From Candidatus Omnitrophota bacterium (GTDB lineage: Bacteria; Omnitrophota; Gorgyraeia; Gygaellales; Profunditerraquicolaceae): a DNA stretch of 64,000 nt. The stretch is from NCBI GenBank assembly GCA_022710715.1, contig JAKLGJ010000002.1:234171-298170 (forward strand), in the 5' to 3' direction. Below the pieces are notes generated by a model, which was not told where the DNA came from, searched no databases, and saw nothing but the letters and a program-made list of their open reading frames with translations. Made by a program: the position numbers and the translations under genes. Shown one piece after another: positions 33,201-45,200 of this stretch; positions within the stretch are counted from its first letter, which is position 1; each line of letters starts with the position of its first letter.

Positions 33201-36200
33201 ATATTACGCCAAAGCTGTGGTTCTTGATAAAAATGGTTTGGGGGTTAAGAAGGTAATTTCTACTCCATCAAACCAAGTGGTCTATGGGGAATTGGTGAAT
33301 AATACTATACGTGTAGCATACAATGTCGCAACGCATGAAGATTTAGACGGATATATTCATTCATATGCTCAAGCATATGGAGAGAATGGGGATGAATTGG
33401 CTTTACGTCAGAGGATCATTTATAAATTCCTTCCTATTTCGGGTGAGGATCAGACTGCTAATTTAAGCACTGTCGCAATCCCGATGCAACAATATTATTT
33501 GGCGCAGGATCAATTTGCGGATTCACTCATAGAAAAGAGTCCGGTTTCGGAAAGGGAAAGCCAAACCACAGTTAAAATATGGCAATATCGTTTAGAAGAT
33601 ACCTTTGGTATTATGCCGCGAGCTGTTTCTTACTCCAGCGAAGAAATCGAATTGGTCGAATTTGATCATAAACAGAAAGAGGTTGGGTTATACAATACAA
33701 CAACCGCGACAATAGAGACAATTCCGGTTAATCAAATATCGCCTTTTGACTATGCGCTGGTTTATAACGTCCAATCTTTGAACGCAGAAAAAGTTTCTCA
33801 TCAAGAAATCCGGTTGCCTAATAATGTGAAAGTTCAGGATATTTACGAATCCCAAATCGGCCGCGCGGTCAATAAGTTGCCTTGGACGTCCGGCACTGAA
33901 ACTATACAGTATAACCGCGATCTCCCCTACGAAGATCCGGTGATATCGTTTAATAGGGCCACCGGCCAGTGGACCAAGAAGTGGGATCGGAAGATTTACG
34001 ATCCTAGCAAAGAGGCGTACGCGGAATTCAAAACAACCGAACGTGAGCTGCAGGCCCCGGATAAAGTTGCCACTTGGACTCACACATTTGATGTGTACGG
34101 TAAGGAAAAACTTCATAAAGACGTAATTGGGGATGCGTCAAGAGAAGTCGTGGCCGGAATTAATTCTTTGCTGGGCAATGTGTGGCTATTGATGGCTTTG
34201 GCGGTGGGGATCGTAACATGGTTAAGTATTCTCTTGGGGGTTCCCCGCATAATCAGATGGATGAATGAGGGCAAGAAAAAGCAAGGTGTTCGGTCCGAGA
34301 TTGACTCGGCGGATATCGATTCAACGGATGCAGCAGCGGACCAGCGTTTAATTAATCGGGATATGATTCTTGAAGTGTTGGAATCATTCGTTAATAAAAA
34401 AGGTGAGATCAAGAATAACCTGATTATAATCGATGCCATGGAACGAGTTGGTGCTGTATTGCCGGCAGATTATAGCCTTGAAGATATCGAGAACTTGATG
34501 GGTTACGAAGCGCCGATTAAAGATTTGAAAGAGTGGATCACCCGCAATAGAAATGAGGAGTTGGCTGCTTTGTTGACAAAGGCCAATATTAGCGCCTTCG
34601 AATTTACCGTATTGACACTTGTCATTTATAGCATCGGTAAAGAATACAAATATGCGAATCCCCCGGTAATGTATTATCTTATTGATAAAGCAATCAGAAT
34701 GATTATTCAGGGCAAACGGAACGAGATAATTCCCGAAATCCGTTCTGATGTAGAAGCCATGAGAGATTTCTTGAACAGAAGCTATCCGCCTGTTCCTCAA
34801 GGCGGTATGAGCAAAGATTGGTTGCGTCGATATAGCAGTATTGATGAAAAAGGGCGAAAGAAGGAAGAATTGCGCGGCGGTTTGTATGAATCGTTCCTTA
34901 TGAGCGAGCGCAGCGGTTTGACTGTAGCGCAGAAGGCAACGTTGAGGAAAGATTTGGAAATTTTGCGCGCTCATGAAGCCGCGATGGATGATCTCGATCG
35001 AGAAATCGACCTGTTAAAACATCAGAAAGAAATTACTGCCGGGGAAAAAGATAAGGATAATCTAACCGTACAGATTGACAAGTTATCCGGTCAGCAGAAA
35101 GCGAACAAGGATATCAAGGCAGCCATAGAAGAGCAAATTAGGAATCAATTCTGGCTGAATCCCATTAAGAAATACTACGTTACATTTGAAGATCTCGAAG
35201 ATCGGTTGAATGGCTATAAAGAAGATTTTGATCTGATTGCTGAATGGGATGCGCTTGAAGGCAACAGTAAAGAAGACAAGAGAGACTATCTCATAGGGAA
35301 AGGATTGAATTTAAAGACTTATCCGGATGAAGTCGGAATCAGACAATTCTTAAAGAATATCTGGCCTGTTATTATTCCGGTTATTCCTTCGGTACTCGCG
35401 GTTACCTTTGTGCCATTGTTTGTGTCCATGCCTTGGGGGTTGCTAATTGCGCTTGGGGTTGCTTTAACTGGTTTAATACCTTTAATTAAAGGGGATTTGG
35501 GCTACAGCAAGAGCATGGGGCCGCTTTCTTTCGATCAAACCCGCCAGATAAGAAACACCTACATTGCGTTTACTTTGTTTACTGTCGGATACACCGTATG
35601 GAATTTTGTGTTACTTTCGTCATCTTATCCGGTTGTGGGGACGATTTTGTTGACTTTTAACCCCGCCTTAATGGTGACTACAATTATGATCTTTGGGTTG
35701 GTTTATTTCTTCTCTGTTTTGGCAATTTGGGCAATTATGCCGATCATTCTTACTCAATTTGCCTATGTGCAAGGAAAAATTGACGGGATTGGAGCGATTA
35801 GAGATTGGAAAGAAGCGTTGCAGCAAGATAATATTAATGCAGCTAAGAAGCGATTTACGAGTTTCTTGCCAAACCAGTTAAGAACGCGGTCTGACGACCT
35901 GTGGAATGTTTTTGTAGATACGTACATCAATAAGATGGGAGAATTTAATAAGATTAGAGCTGAAGATAGGGAGCTCTTAAAGAAGATCCTGAAAGCAGAA
36001 AAATTAACTGAAATAGAAGTCGCGCAGAAAAATAAGATGCTAATAGAAGGTTTGGGCGATAACGAGGCACATGATAGAATACGGCGATTTATTGGAGCCT
36101 GGTTTATTGAATCTCCAGTGTCTTTTATCTGGGACGAATGGCCCATGTTAACAGCGATTATTACTTGTTTTGACGAAGCAATTATTACGGAATTCAAAAC

Positions 36201-39200
36201 CCTCAATTCTTTGCAGAATGGAACCGTTCCCCTGAATTGGTTTATTAAAACTTATGGGCGGGATTGGGTGAATTTTGTCAATACCCTGCCAGAACCGGCC
36301 AGAGGAGTGCTGTTAAAGCATTATGAAGAGAATGTCAAAAAAGGCAAGTTGTATATTCGACTTGAAGGTGATTATATAGATGCAACGCTTGAGGAACAAA
36401 TTGTAAAGTGGGTTGGTCTCCACTTTATTCGTCCGGACAAAAGTCTTGCCGAAGCGAATGAGATGTACGCGGTGTATAAATTCTGGGCTATGGCGAGGTT
36501 CTTTGAAGGGAAGAGATATGAAGAATTAAACGAAGAAGACCGAGCCTACTTAAATGGCAAGATTAAAGAAAAATTGCAGATATTGCTCATATACGAAGCT
36601 TATGAATTCGCATCCTTTGTAAATAGAATGGCGTTAATACAAGCTTTGGCCCAATATCCTTTCACTGAGCTTTTCCTGGGATATGGGAAGTTGTATCAAA
36701 TCAAAGAAAGTTATATTGGGCAATCTTACGCAGAGATAGTGGCAAAAGGAAAGCAATTTAAAAAAGAGGTTCAAGAAAGAGATGAATTCTTAGAAGAAAT
36801 TAACTCCAGCTTGGGCGAATTTGGTCCGCATGCAGCGGTCAAACCAAACCGCATCATGAAGGGTAAGACTATTGGACAGAATGCCGGAACTGAATATGCC
36901 AGAGGCGATGTTTGGATTTTCTTTGATTCCAACGCTTCAATGAGATTTGAAGAACTCATAAGAATCCCTGCAGCTTTGGCTGAATTCAAGAGAAATCCCC
37001 GGGTTAAGCTGGTTCTTTTCGGAGAATACATTAATACCAAAGAATATTCCTGGATGGCTGGGTGTTTGGCGTTTGGCGAAGAAGCATGGACCCAGGTAAT
37101 GCAGCGCAGCCTGGATTCTTTTGGGGCTTGCGGATTTTATGGCCACAGTGCATTTATCAGGGCTGATGCAATGAAAGCCGCTGGCGGATTGTTAAGTTTC
37201 TACGCTTCTGAAGACTTGCTTTTAGCTATACGCTTATGGGGCAATGGTTCTTTAACCGCTCACAGAGAGTATATTTTGTTTGGTAAAGGAAGAGAAAGAG
37301 GGTATATCGCTTCGAATGTTCCGCTGGGAAGATGGTCGGAAGGGTCGTCAGAGCTGATTCTTGGTCGACAGGTGCAGCGTGCCCTGAAGGGAAATAATTT
37401 GCACATGGGGCAGAAGATGATGCTGATCTATGCTTTGTCTTTCTTCTCCAAGAAACCTTTGGTCATCGTTGCCAATAATTTATATCTATTCTTACTTATC
37501 TTCCTCGGTTTCAGTCCGTTTATTGGATTTCCGTTAGCATTAATGTTCGGAGTAATAGGAATACTTATTTCTCAAGCTATCAATACAACGGGATTGCTTT
37601 ATCTGATTGAGAATATGGGGGTGTGGAACGGAACTATTGAATTTTTGCATATGTTCCCCAAACTGTACACGTTCTTTGTTGCCGAAATCACGCCGTATGC
37701 CCAGAGATTTCTTAATGGCGCTATTAGTGGCGCCAGCGGTTTTGCTATGAGCTTACGTGGTTTGGATTTGGAATTCGTGAAATTCGATGATATCTGGGTT
37801 AACGCGACCACAACGCCTTTACGGCATACTGCTATTGCTACTATTATTTTGAGCAGCTTTTTGTTTATCGGTTCAGCAGTAAGTTTCCTTGCCCCTGTTC
37901 TTCCCGAGATACTTTTAATTACTCCTTTAATCCCGGCCATCACTTTACTGTCGATCATAGGTCTGGGAATCCTTCCTATTGTGGCTGTGGCAGTGTGGCA
38001 TAAATTGTTCCTCGGTCCCAAAGGCGTAGCGGTAAGATTGCAGATGACTTTGTCTATTCCGATGATGGCTTATGTTATCCTGGGCATCTGGTTCTGGGGT
38101 GGTGTAGGCACGAGTTTGGCTTTTGGATTCGGATGGCTGGCTTTATTTGCGACGTTATTCATTTATGGATTTGGTAGTTTTAGAGACAACAAAGTAATCA
38201 GCATGGGTGGCTTACTGCTATTCTTAGCAACCATTGCACTTACTACTTATTTTATCGCTCCCATATTCTTGCTTTTCTCGTTCTCCTTGTTTTACTTGAT
38301 CATGCCTTTTGACTGGTTCTTCATGCCGATACTTGCTCATCCAAGGATGCTGCATAATTTTCGCTATTGGAGAGCCAACGAACGGTATCTTAAGGAGATC
38401 CGGAATTTGGCGCGAGATGGGAAAGTGATTAAAGAAATGACCTCAATAATCATGGCGACCCAAGAATATGCGGAGCTTGCCCAAGAAGGAAAAATCATTG
38501 ATTTGTTTACGAAAGAACTCCCCAGGGTCCGTTCGTTAAAGGATGATTCGATCTGGCAATATCTGTCTGCGCAATCGCAGAAATATTTGGTTGCAATAAC
38601 CGGGAATCAAGAAAAAGAAATTCGCGCTAAATTCTTCTCAGAACTGTTGGCAATTGAAATTGAAAGCAAAGGAAAAACAGTGACCATCTTAGACCGCGAA
38701 ATCAACTTGAAAGGCAAGAAAGATACCATTGCCCAGATAGTTCAGGCGCGAGTAAAAGAGTTGTTGGAGAGAAACAAGGTGGAAACATTTGATGCCGCAT
38801 TGCCTGATGCTCAGGATGTCGAAGTTACTATGGAGGCCGAAAAAGGCAATATTCTTGACGTTATGATTCCTGCCGAGCTAACCCAAGGAATGGTTGCCGA
38901 TATCCAGGATGCCGTAAAAGAAGGCAGAATCAGCATTCATGGCAAGTCAGGCGATATCGAGACACCGGAGAATATTCTTACCGGGGTGGATATTAGCGTC
39001 AAAGATGACAACGACGGTGGAACTGTTTCGGCCATCTTTTATGGAATAGGGATGTTAGCCGAAGACATCATCAGCATTTATTTCTGGATGCCCTTGATTG
39101 CTGCAGCCATCGCGGGGGTAACTATATATGGGATTTTGCAGCTTTTGTTATATCCCGGCAGAAGAACAGAAACCTTATTTACTATTCAGAGTTTTAAGGA

Positions 39201-42200
39201 TTGGGGCATATGGTTTATAACTGGTCTGACCGTGGGGACTGTTACAGCACTGTTGAGATATGCTTTGCCAATGGGGTGGGGCATGGTGAACGCGGGCAGC
39301 ATATTTATTTTATCACTTGAACCCGGCATCGCTTGCGGGGTTGCGGGTATCCTTTTAGCTAGAGAGCTGAAGAAATATACCATTAATAAACCAGCTTCTT
39401 CTTTGCGCCATCAACTCCCCTATAAAGCTCTTTCTTTGCAGGGAGTTTTAGTTATGATGGGTGGATTTATTGGGTTAGTTTCTGGGACAATCTTTGAAGC
39501 GTTAATAAGCACGCATTTATGGACAGCCGATCCGCTCGATTTAACAATATTTACTGTCTTGCAGATTTTGTCGCCGATTCTGGGAGCGTTGTTTGGAGCC
39601 AAGATCAGCGGTTTATTGACCAGACCCCTTGCTCCTTCAGTCAACACGGCTACTTCTTCCCGTGAAAATGATAATGATGGAGGCAAAGCCCAGCTACGAA
39701 AAATTATAGCGACTATTCTTGCTGCTTGGAAACACCTTCAAGACACCGTGATCAGCACTTTCGGTGCATTGGTAACTACTCAGATGACACTGACGCATAT
39801 CAAGCAGAATCCAATGTACAGCGATCTGGATGTCGACGTGATAGTTCGCAAGATCGAAGTCGGACAGTTGGAATTGAGAGGCGAGGACCTTGATATCGTG
39901 GATGAAAATGATCAGCCGATAGCCGCGCTAGACAGGAATATCGCGCATGAATATGGATTGGCGCATAGGGCTGCTAATGCTATGGTAGCGATAGTCGAAA
40001 ACGGAAAGCTCGAATTTGTACTGCAACGCAGAGCTCATCATATCAAGAGGTTCCCGTTGCACTTATCGCTCTACGGAGGGCATGTGACAAGCGGTGCGAC
40101 GTACCAGCAAACGATCATTCACGAGATACAGGAAGAATTATTCCGGGGACAGGTGGCGGGCTTGAAGGGTACATTCAAGGAGATCGAGCTTAAAGACCGT
40201 TATTCCAAGGATCCGGAGAACAGGAACAATGAATTTCGCAGGCTTTATGTTTATGTGACAGCGGATGCTCAAGAAATCGGCATTATTCGTGCATACGCCC
40301 AGGAGCTCGATGAGAAGAAAAAGACCCTTACTGCAGAAGAATTTAAGCAATGGCTGGAAGAGGAAGCTCAAAAAGAGGGATATGGCGAAATCTGGAGCAT
40401 GCTTTTTGTTGACCTGCAGACACTTCTTACTGCCCCAGAATCGGTTGAAGAGAACCAGCCGGCAGCTAATAAATATATTGACCTTAAAGCAACAGATAAG
40501 TTGGCAGGATTTGAGCAACAGGAAGCAGGGCAGTATGCTCATGCGCAATTTACTCCCGATCTGCTTGATCCGTTGTTGAGGAATGGAGATGTTCTCGCGG
40601 TTTTAAAACAACTTGAGCCTGGTATTCCTGGGGCCGTTTCTGCGGTAGGAACAACGTTTGAATCAAAAGCGAAACCCGGCACGGTTCCCATGGAAATTCA
40701 TTTTAAAGTTGATTTGAAAAAGCTCCCGCCTGGAACTTACGATGCGCTAGAGATAGTCTGGGGCAACAAAAAACGCACCATTACCTTGCCGCAATCTATT
40801 GAAATCAAAGCGAACGTTGAGGAAGCCAAACAAGAAGCACAACCTGATAAGCAGGCTCCTCCTGAGAATGTCGCCGAGCCCATTGTTAATGAACAGACTT
40901 CAAGAGATCATTCAAAATCAGGCAGCATGGAAGGTAACGACGGCGGCGAGATCAGGACCGATAAGACCGAGATCAGGATGATCGAGCAGTGGGAAAAGAG
41001 ATTTGATGCCGAGACGGATGAAGATGTTCTGCGCACATCCGAGCCTAGATTGCGCTATGATCTCACGGCGTATCCCAAGATCGCGCAATTTGTTCCCGTT
41101 ACTCCCGGGAGAATATTGGAAGTGGGATCGGCCAGCGGGCGTTGGTTGTTACGGTTCGCCGGGCTGCATAAAGATTATGAGGCGTTTGGCCTGGATGTCT
41201 CCCGGAAATTATCCCAGGTTGCCAGAAGAGGCGCTTTGTTAAGAGAATTTCTCAATGTGGATATCGTCAAAGCCGATGCGTTGAATATTCCTTATAAAGA
41301 CGATGTTTTCGAGGCAACCACATGCTGCGGATTGATTGAACATTTCAAGCGCGAAGAGCAGCTAAAGATTGTCCGGGAAATGGTCCGGGTAACCCAGCCC
41401 GGCGGAGTGATTATCGTCGCCACGCCGAATTATTATTGCCCGTCCCTGATCGTTTCCATGCTCATAAGCGGCCTGGACTGGAGAAATGTCGAAAAACGCG
41501 AAGGCTGGAAGAAATGGACGTTCGGTTATGAACAGCCGCAAAAGCCCGAGGTTCTAATCGGCATATTGAAAGAGCTCGGATTGAAGGATATCGAAGCCGA
41601 TGGTTGGCTGCCGTGGTACGGGCTCGAGGGAGTGCGCAAATGGCATGAAGACACGGGCGCCGTTACATTCCCGTGGTATGCGCCTTTCTTGAAGCGTTTT
41701 GCGCAGGTATTAGATCTCGCGACGCCTTTCCTGGATACGATCTCGCATAACAGATTTTCTGCCCGGTTTGGATATGAGATCGTGATTAAGGCGACTAAGG
41801 ATGTACAAGACGGCGGCACGGCCGGAAAAATCGACATCGTTTCCCGCCTGATCGCGGCCTGGAGAACGCTGGTGGATGATTTTGAAAGCACCTTCGGCGC
41901 AGTAATGATGATGTTCGGCCAGCAGAGTGTCGTTCGGGTTCCTTCCTGGAGCGATGTGATAGACGGCGGCATGACGGTTGAAGACATCCGGATGCTGGAA
42001 GCGGCTCTGCGGATTGCGGAAAAGAATCGCAGCGCCGAGAATAAGCATGCCGTGGGCGCGGTCATATTCGACTCGAACGGACAACCGGTAGTGACCGCTA
42101 CCCGTGAGATGATCGCGGACGGCATCTATCAGCACGCTGATCGTCAGGCTATTCTGGAGGCGGATAAATTAGGGATCAAGGATTTCTCAACATACACCAT

Positions 42201-45200
42201 GGTGCTGACTGCCGAACCGTGCCAAACCTGCGCGCATTGGATCGCCCGCCGTAACTTCAAGAAGGCTATTATCGGTACCCTGGATACCAACATGCTGGAT
42301 ATTTTCGGCGCAGGGGTAATGATCCTGCGGGAAGCCGGCATTGAGGTGGCGGTTGCTCAAGGCGAGTTGCAGCGCGAGAGCAAAGCTTTGTTTACCGAAG
42401 ACCGCACGGTGGCTCAAGAGCAGAAGGACAATATGGCGTTGAGCCCGAGAGAACTTGAAACGCTTATTGCCGCGATGCTGGAATATCGCGCTAACGGCAT
42501 CTATCCGCTTTCGCCGGAAGTGGACGCTTTGATCAACAAAGCGCTGCACGCGGATTCGAATTTCATCCTCGGCCAGATCCAGGCTGCGCGCCGCGAGAAT
42601 AATATCGTCCGGTTCGAATATTTAACGAAACGCTTAGGCTGGTTGATGAACCCCCTGAATGCGCTCTATGCTTTTGACGCCGATCTCGAGAAAACCGAAG
42701 AAATAGAGCACCTAATTTTGAGACAGCGGATCCGCGGCGCCGGCCCGGACATGGCTGTTGCCATGGTTGTAGGTTCGATTGCTGCGCGGCAGGCGTTCAA
42801 AACAGCTTTACTCAACGGGAACTATTTTGCTCCGGGACACGTTTTCGAACTGGCTAACTTGGGCAAGCCGGGAGAAGAAGGGATTAATGACGGCGGCAAG
42901 CTGAACGAGGAAGAGTATAGAGATGGTTTCCGGTCCCTGGTCGGCCTTACTGCGGAGCAGATTGAGCAGAGACTGCATTCCGGACGGGTGAAATTTGATT
43001 CTAAGACACTTGAACCGATCGATTTTGCCGGAACGTCGGTTATCTTCTTCCTGGAAGACGCGCAACTGGTGGCTCAACTGCAGAAGAAAGCGCAGCAGTT
43101 CAAGGACGCACTGCGAGACGCCGGCCTGGACGATAAGTTCGCCCTGGTCAGTTTCGACTCGTTCCATGTCACCACATTCGATCTGGTCTGTGTCGAGGAT
43201 ATCAAGAAGAAAGACGGCCAGCGGGATGACGCTTTATACGGCCAGGTGTTCCCGGCAGTCAAAGCCGCGGCCGGCGCATTCATGAGCCGTGAGCCGCTTA
43301 AGGATATCAAAGCCCAGGTGACCGGTATTTCGATGTTCGCGCCTATCGTGTTGAAGCTGGCCGTGCAGATCGGCGATGCGGATCAGGCGGAACTGATTGA
43401 TTACCGGATGAGGCTGAATCAGGAACTCACCGGCATTCCCGGCTATCCTCGCAGCGCCGAGTGGAACCCGGGATACTCCGCGCATATCACCTTCGGTTAT
43501 ACCGTCAACCCGATGAACGAGCGGGAGATCGAGAAGTTTATCGCTCTTCTGAAGAAATTCAACGCGGAGTTCGAGCCGATCGCATTCGTGATGAATAAAG
43601 GCCGGGTGATGGATTTCTCGGATATGGACCATTTCTTTGATGGCGGGGATGCGACGAAAACCAGAAGCGCTTCCCGGCTGGTCGCGGCCTGGAGAACGCT
43701 CTGGGATACGTTCGACAGGGTCCTTTTCGGCGCGCTGGTGATGACCTTCGGCCAGCAGACCCGCATGCAGGATTGGAATATGATCAGCATGATCGGCAGT
43801 TACAGGACTTCCGGTCAATTCGCAACCCGAACCGGCGAGTATTCGCAGATCCAGGATATGCTGGAGCATAGTGTGATCGCGCGCGGGCCTCCTGCTGCCA
43901 GCGCCTTTTCCTATTCATTCGCATATTCAAATCCCGCGAACATATTTACCCGCTATTCTACCGGCGAATCCCTTCCTTATGACGGTCGCTCGCTGCCTTT
44001 ACGGCCTGACGCGAACGTCGATGATTTCACCTTTACCCATATACCTCTAATTACCATAAAGCAGGCTCCGACTTCCTCTACCGTGGCGGAGATGATTTCG
44101 GGGCCTGCTGGTAATTTGAGGGATCTGATGGACGGCGGCATTGCCCGGCGCATCGCGCAATTGCGCCAGGATTGGCATTTACCGTTCACCGACCAGGAGT
44201 TGCAGGCGCTTGACGCCCGTTATGCGCGGTTTACTTCCGCATCGCCGATATCCGCAGCGGAGCACGCAGCTGCACAGGTTTCCCGCCACCAGCGGACCAT
44301 TGCTCCCTTTGAAGGCGTAACTTTTACCGGCACAGGTTGGCATTCAGGCAAACAGATATCGATGACGCTTAAGCCCGCTCCCGCAGGGACCGGGATCGTA
44401 TTCGTACGTACCGATCTGCCGGGTCGTCCGCAGGTCAGGGTTATCCCGGAGAACGGCAAACAGATCTTCAAGACCGTGGCTCTGGAAGAGAACGATGTGC
44501 GCGTGCTCACCGCAGAGCATTTGCTCGCCGGCCTGGCCAGTCTGGGCATCGACAATGCTTTCATCGAGCTTGATTCAGAAGAAGTCCCGATCATGGACGG
44601 CAGCGCAATAAGCTACAGCTTGCTGGAGCTGCGCGCGCACGAGCTTATCCGCGAATTGGATGCGGACAGATCGATTGTTCCCGGTCTCGCTTCTCCGGTT
44701 ATCTACTCCAAGGAGTTCGATAACGGAGCGGTAGTCGCTCTGCCGTCGCAGGAACCGGGTTTGAAGCTTACCTATATAATCGACTTCGGTCCGCAAAACG
44801 AAATCGGCGGACAGGCGATCAGCCTGACCATCACGCCGGAGATTTTCTGGAATTATATGGCATTCGCCCGCACCTTTGTGGTGGAGAATCCGGAGATCGA
44901 CGAGCTGCGCAGATTCGGTTTCCTGCGCGGAGCAAAGCATAATACCACCGCGATCTTCGTGCCCGAGCAGAAGGTTCGGGGAGAGAAGAGGTTTGACCGG
45001 ACAGATGCGCCGGTGCTGCATAAACTGCTCGATCTGTACGGCGATCTGCAGGTGCTGAACAATCGTCTCGAAGGCGTGCATGTCATCGCCATTGAAGCCG
45101 GACACACCGATCATCTCAATTTTGTGAAGAAGCTGGATAGAACGCTGCGCGCAGAGGAATCCCGGCCGTTTACCGCCGAAGATGTCGCGCGGGTCAGCGA

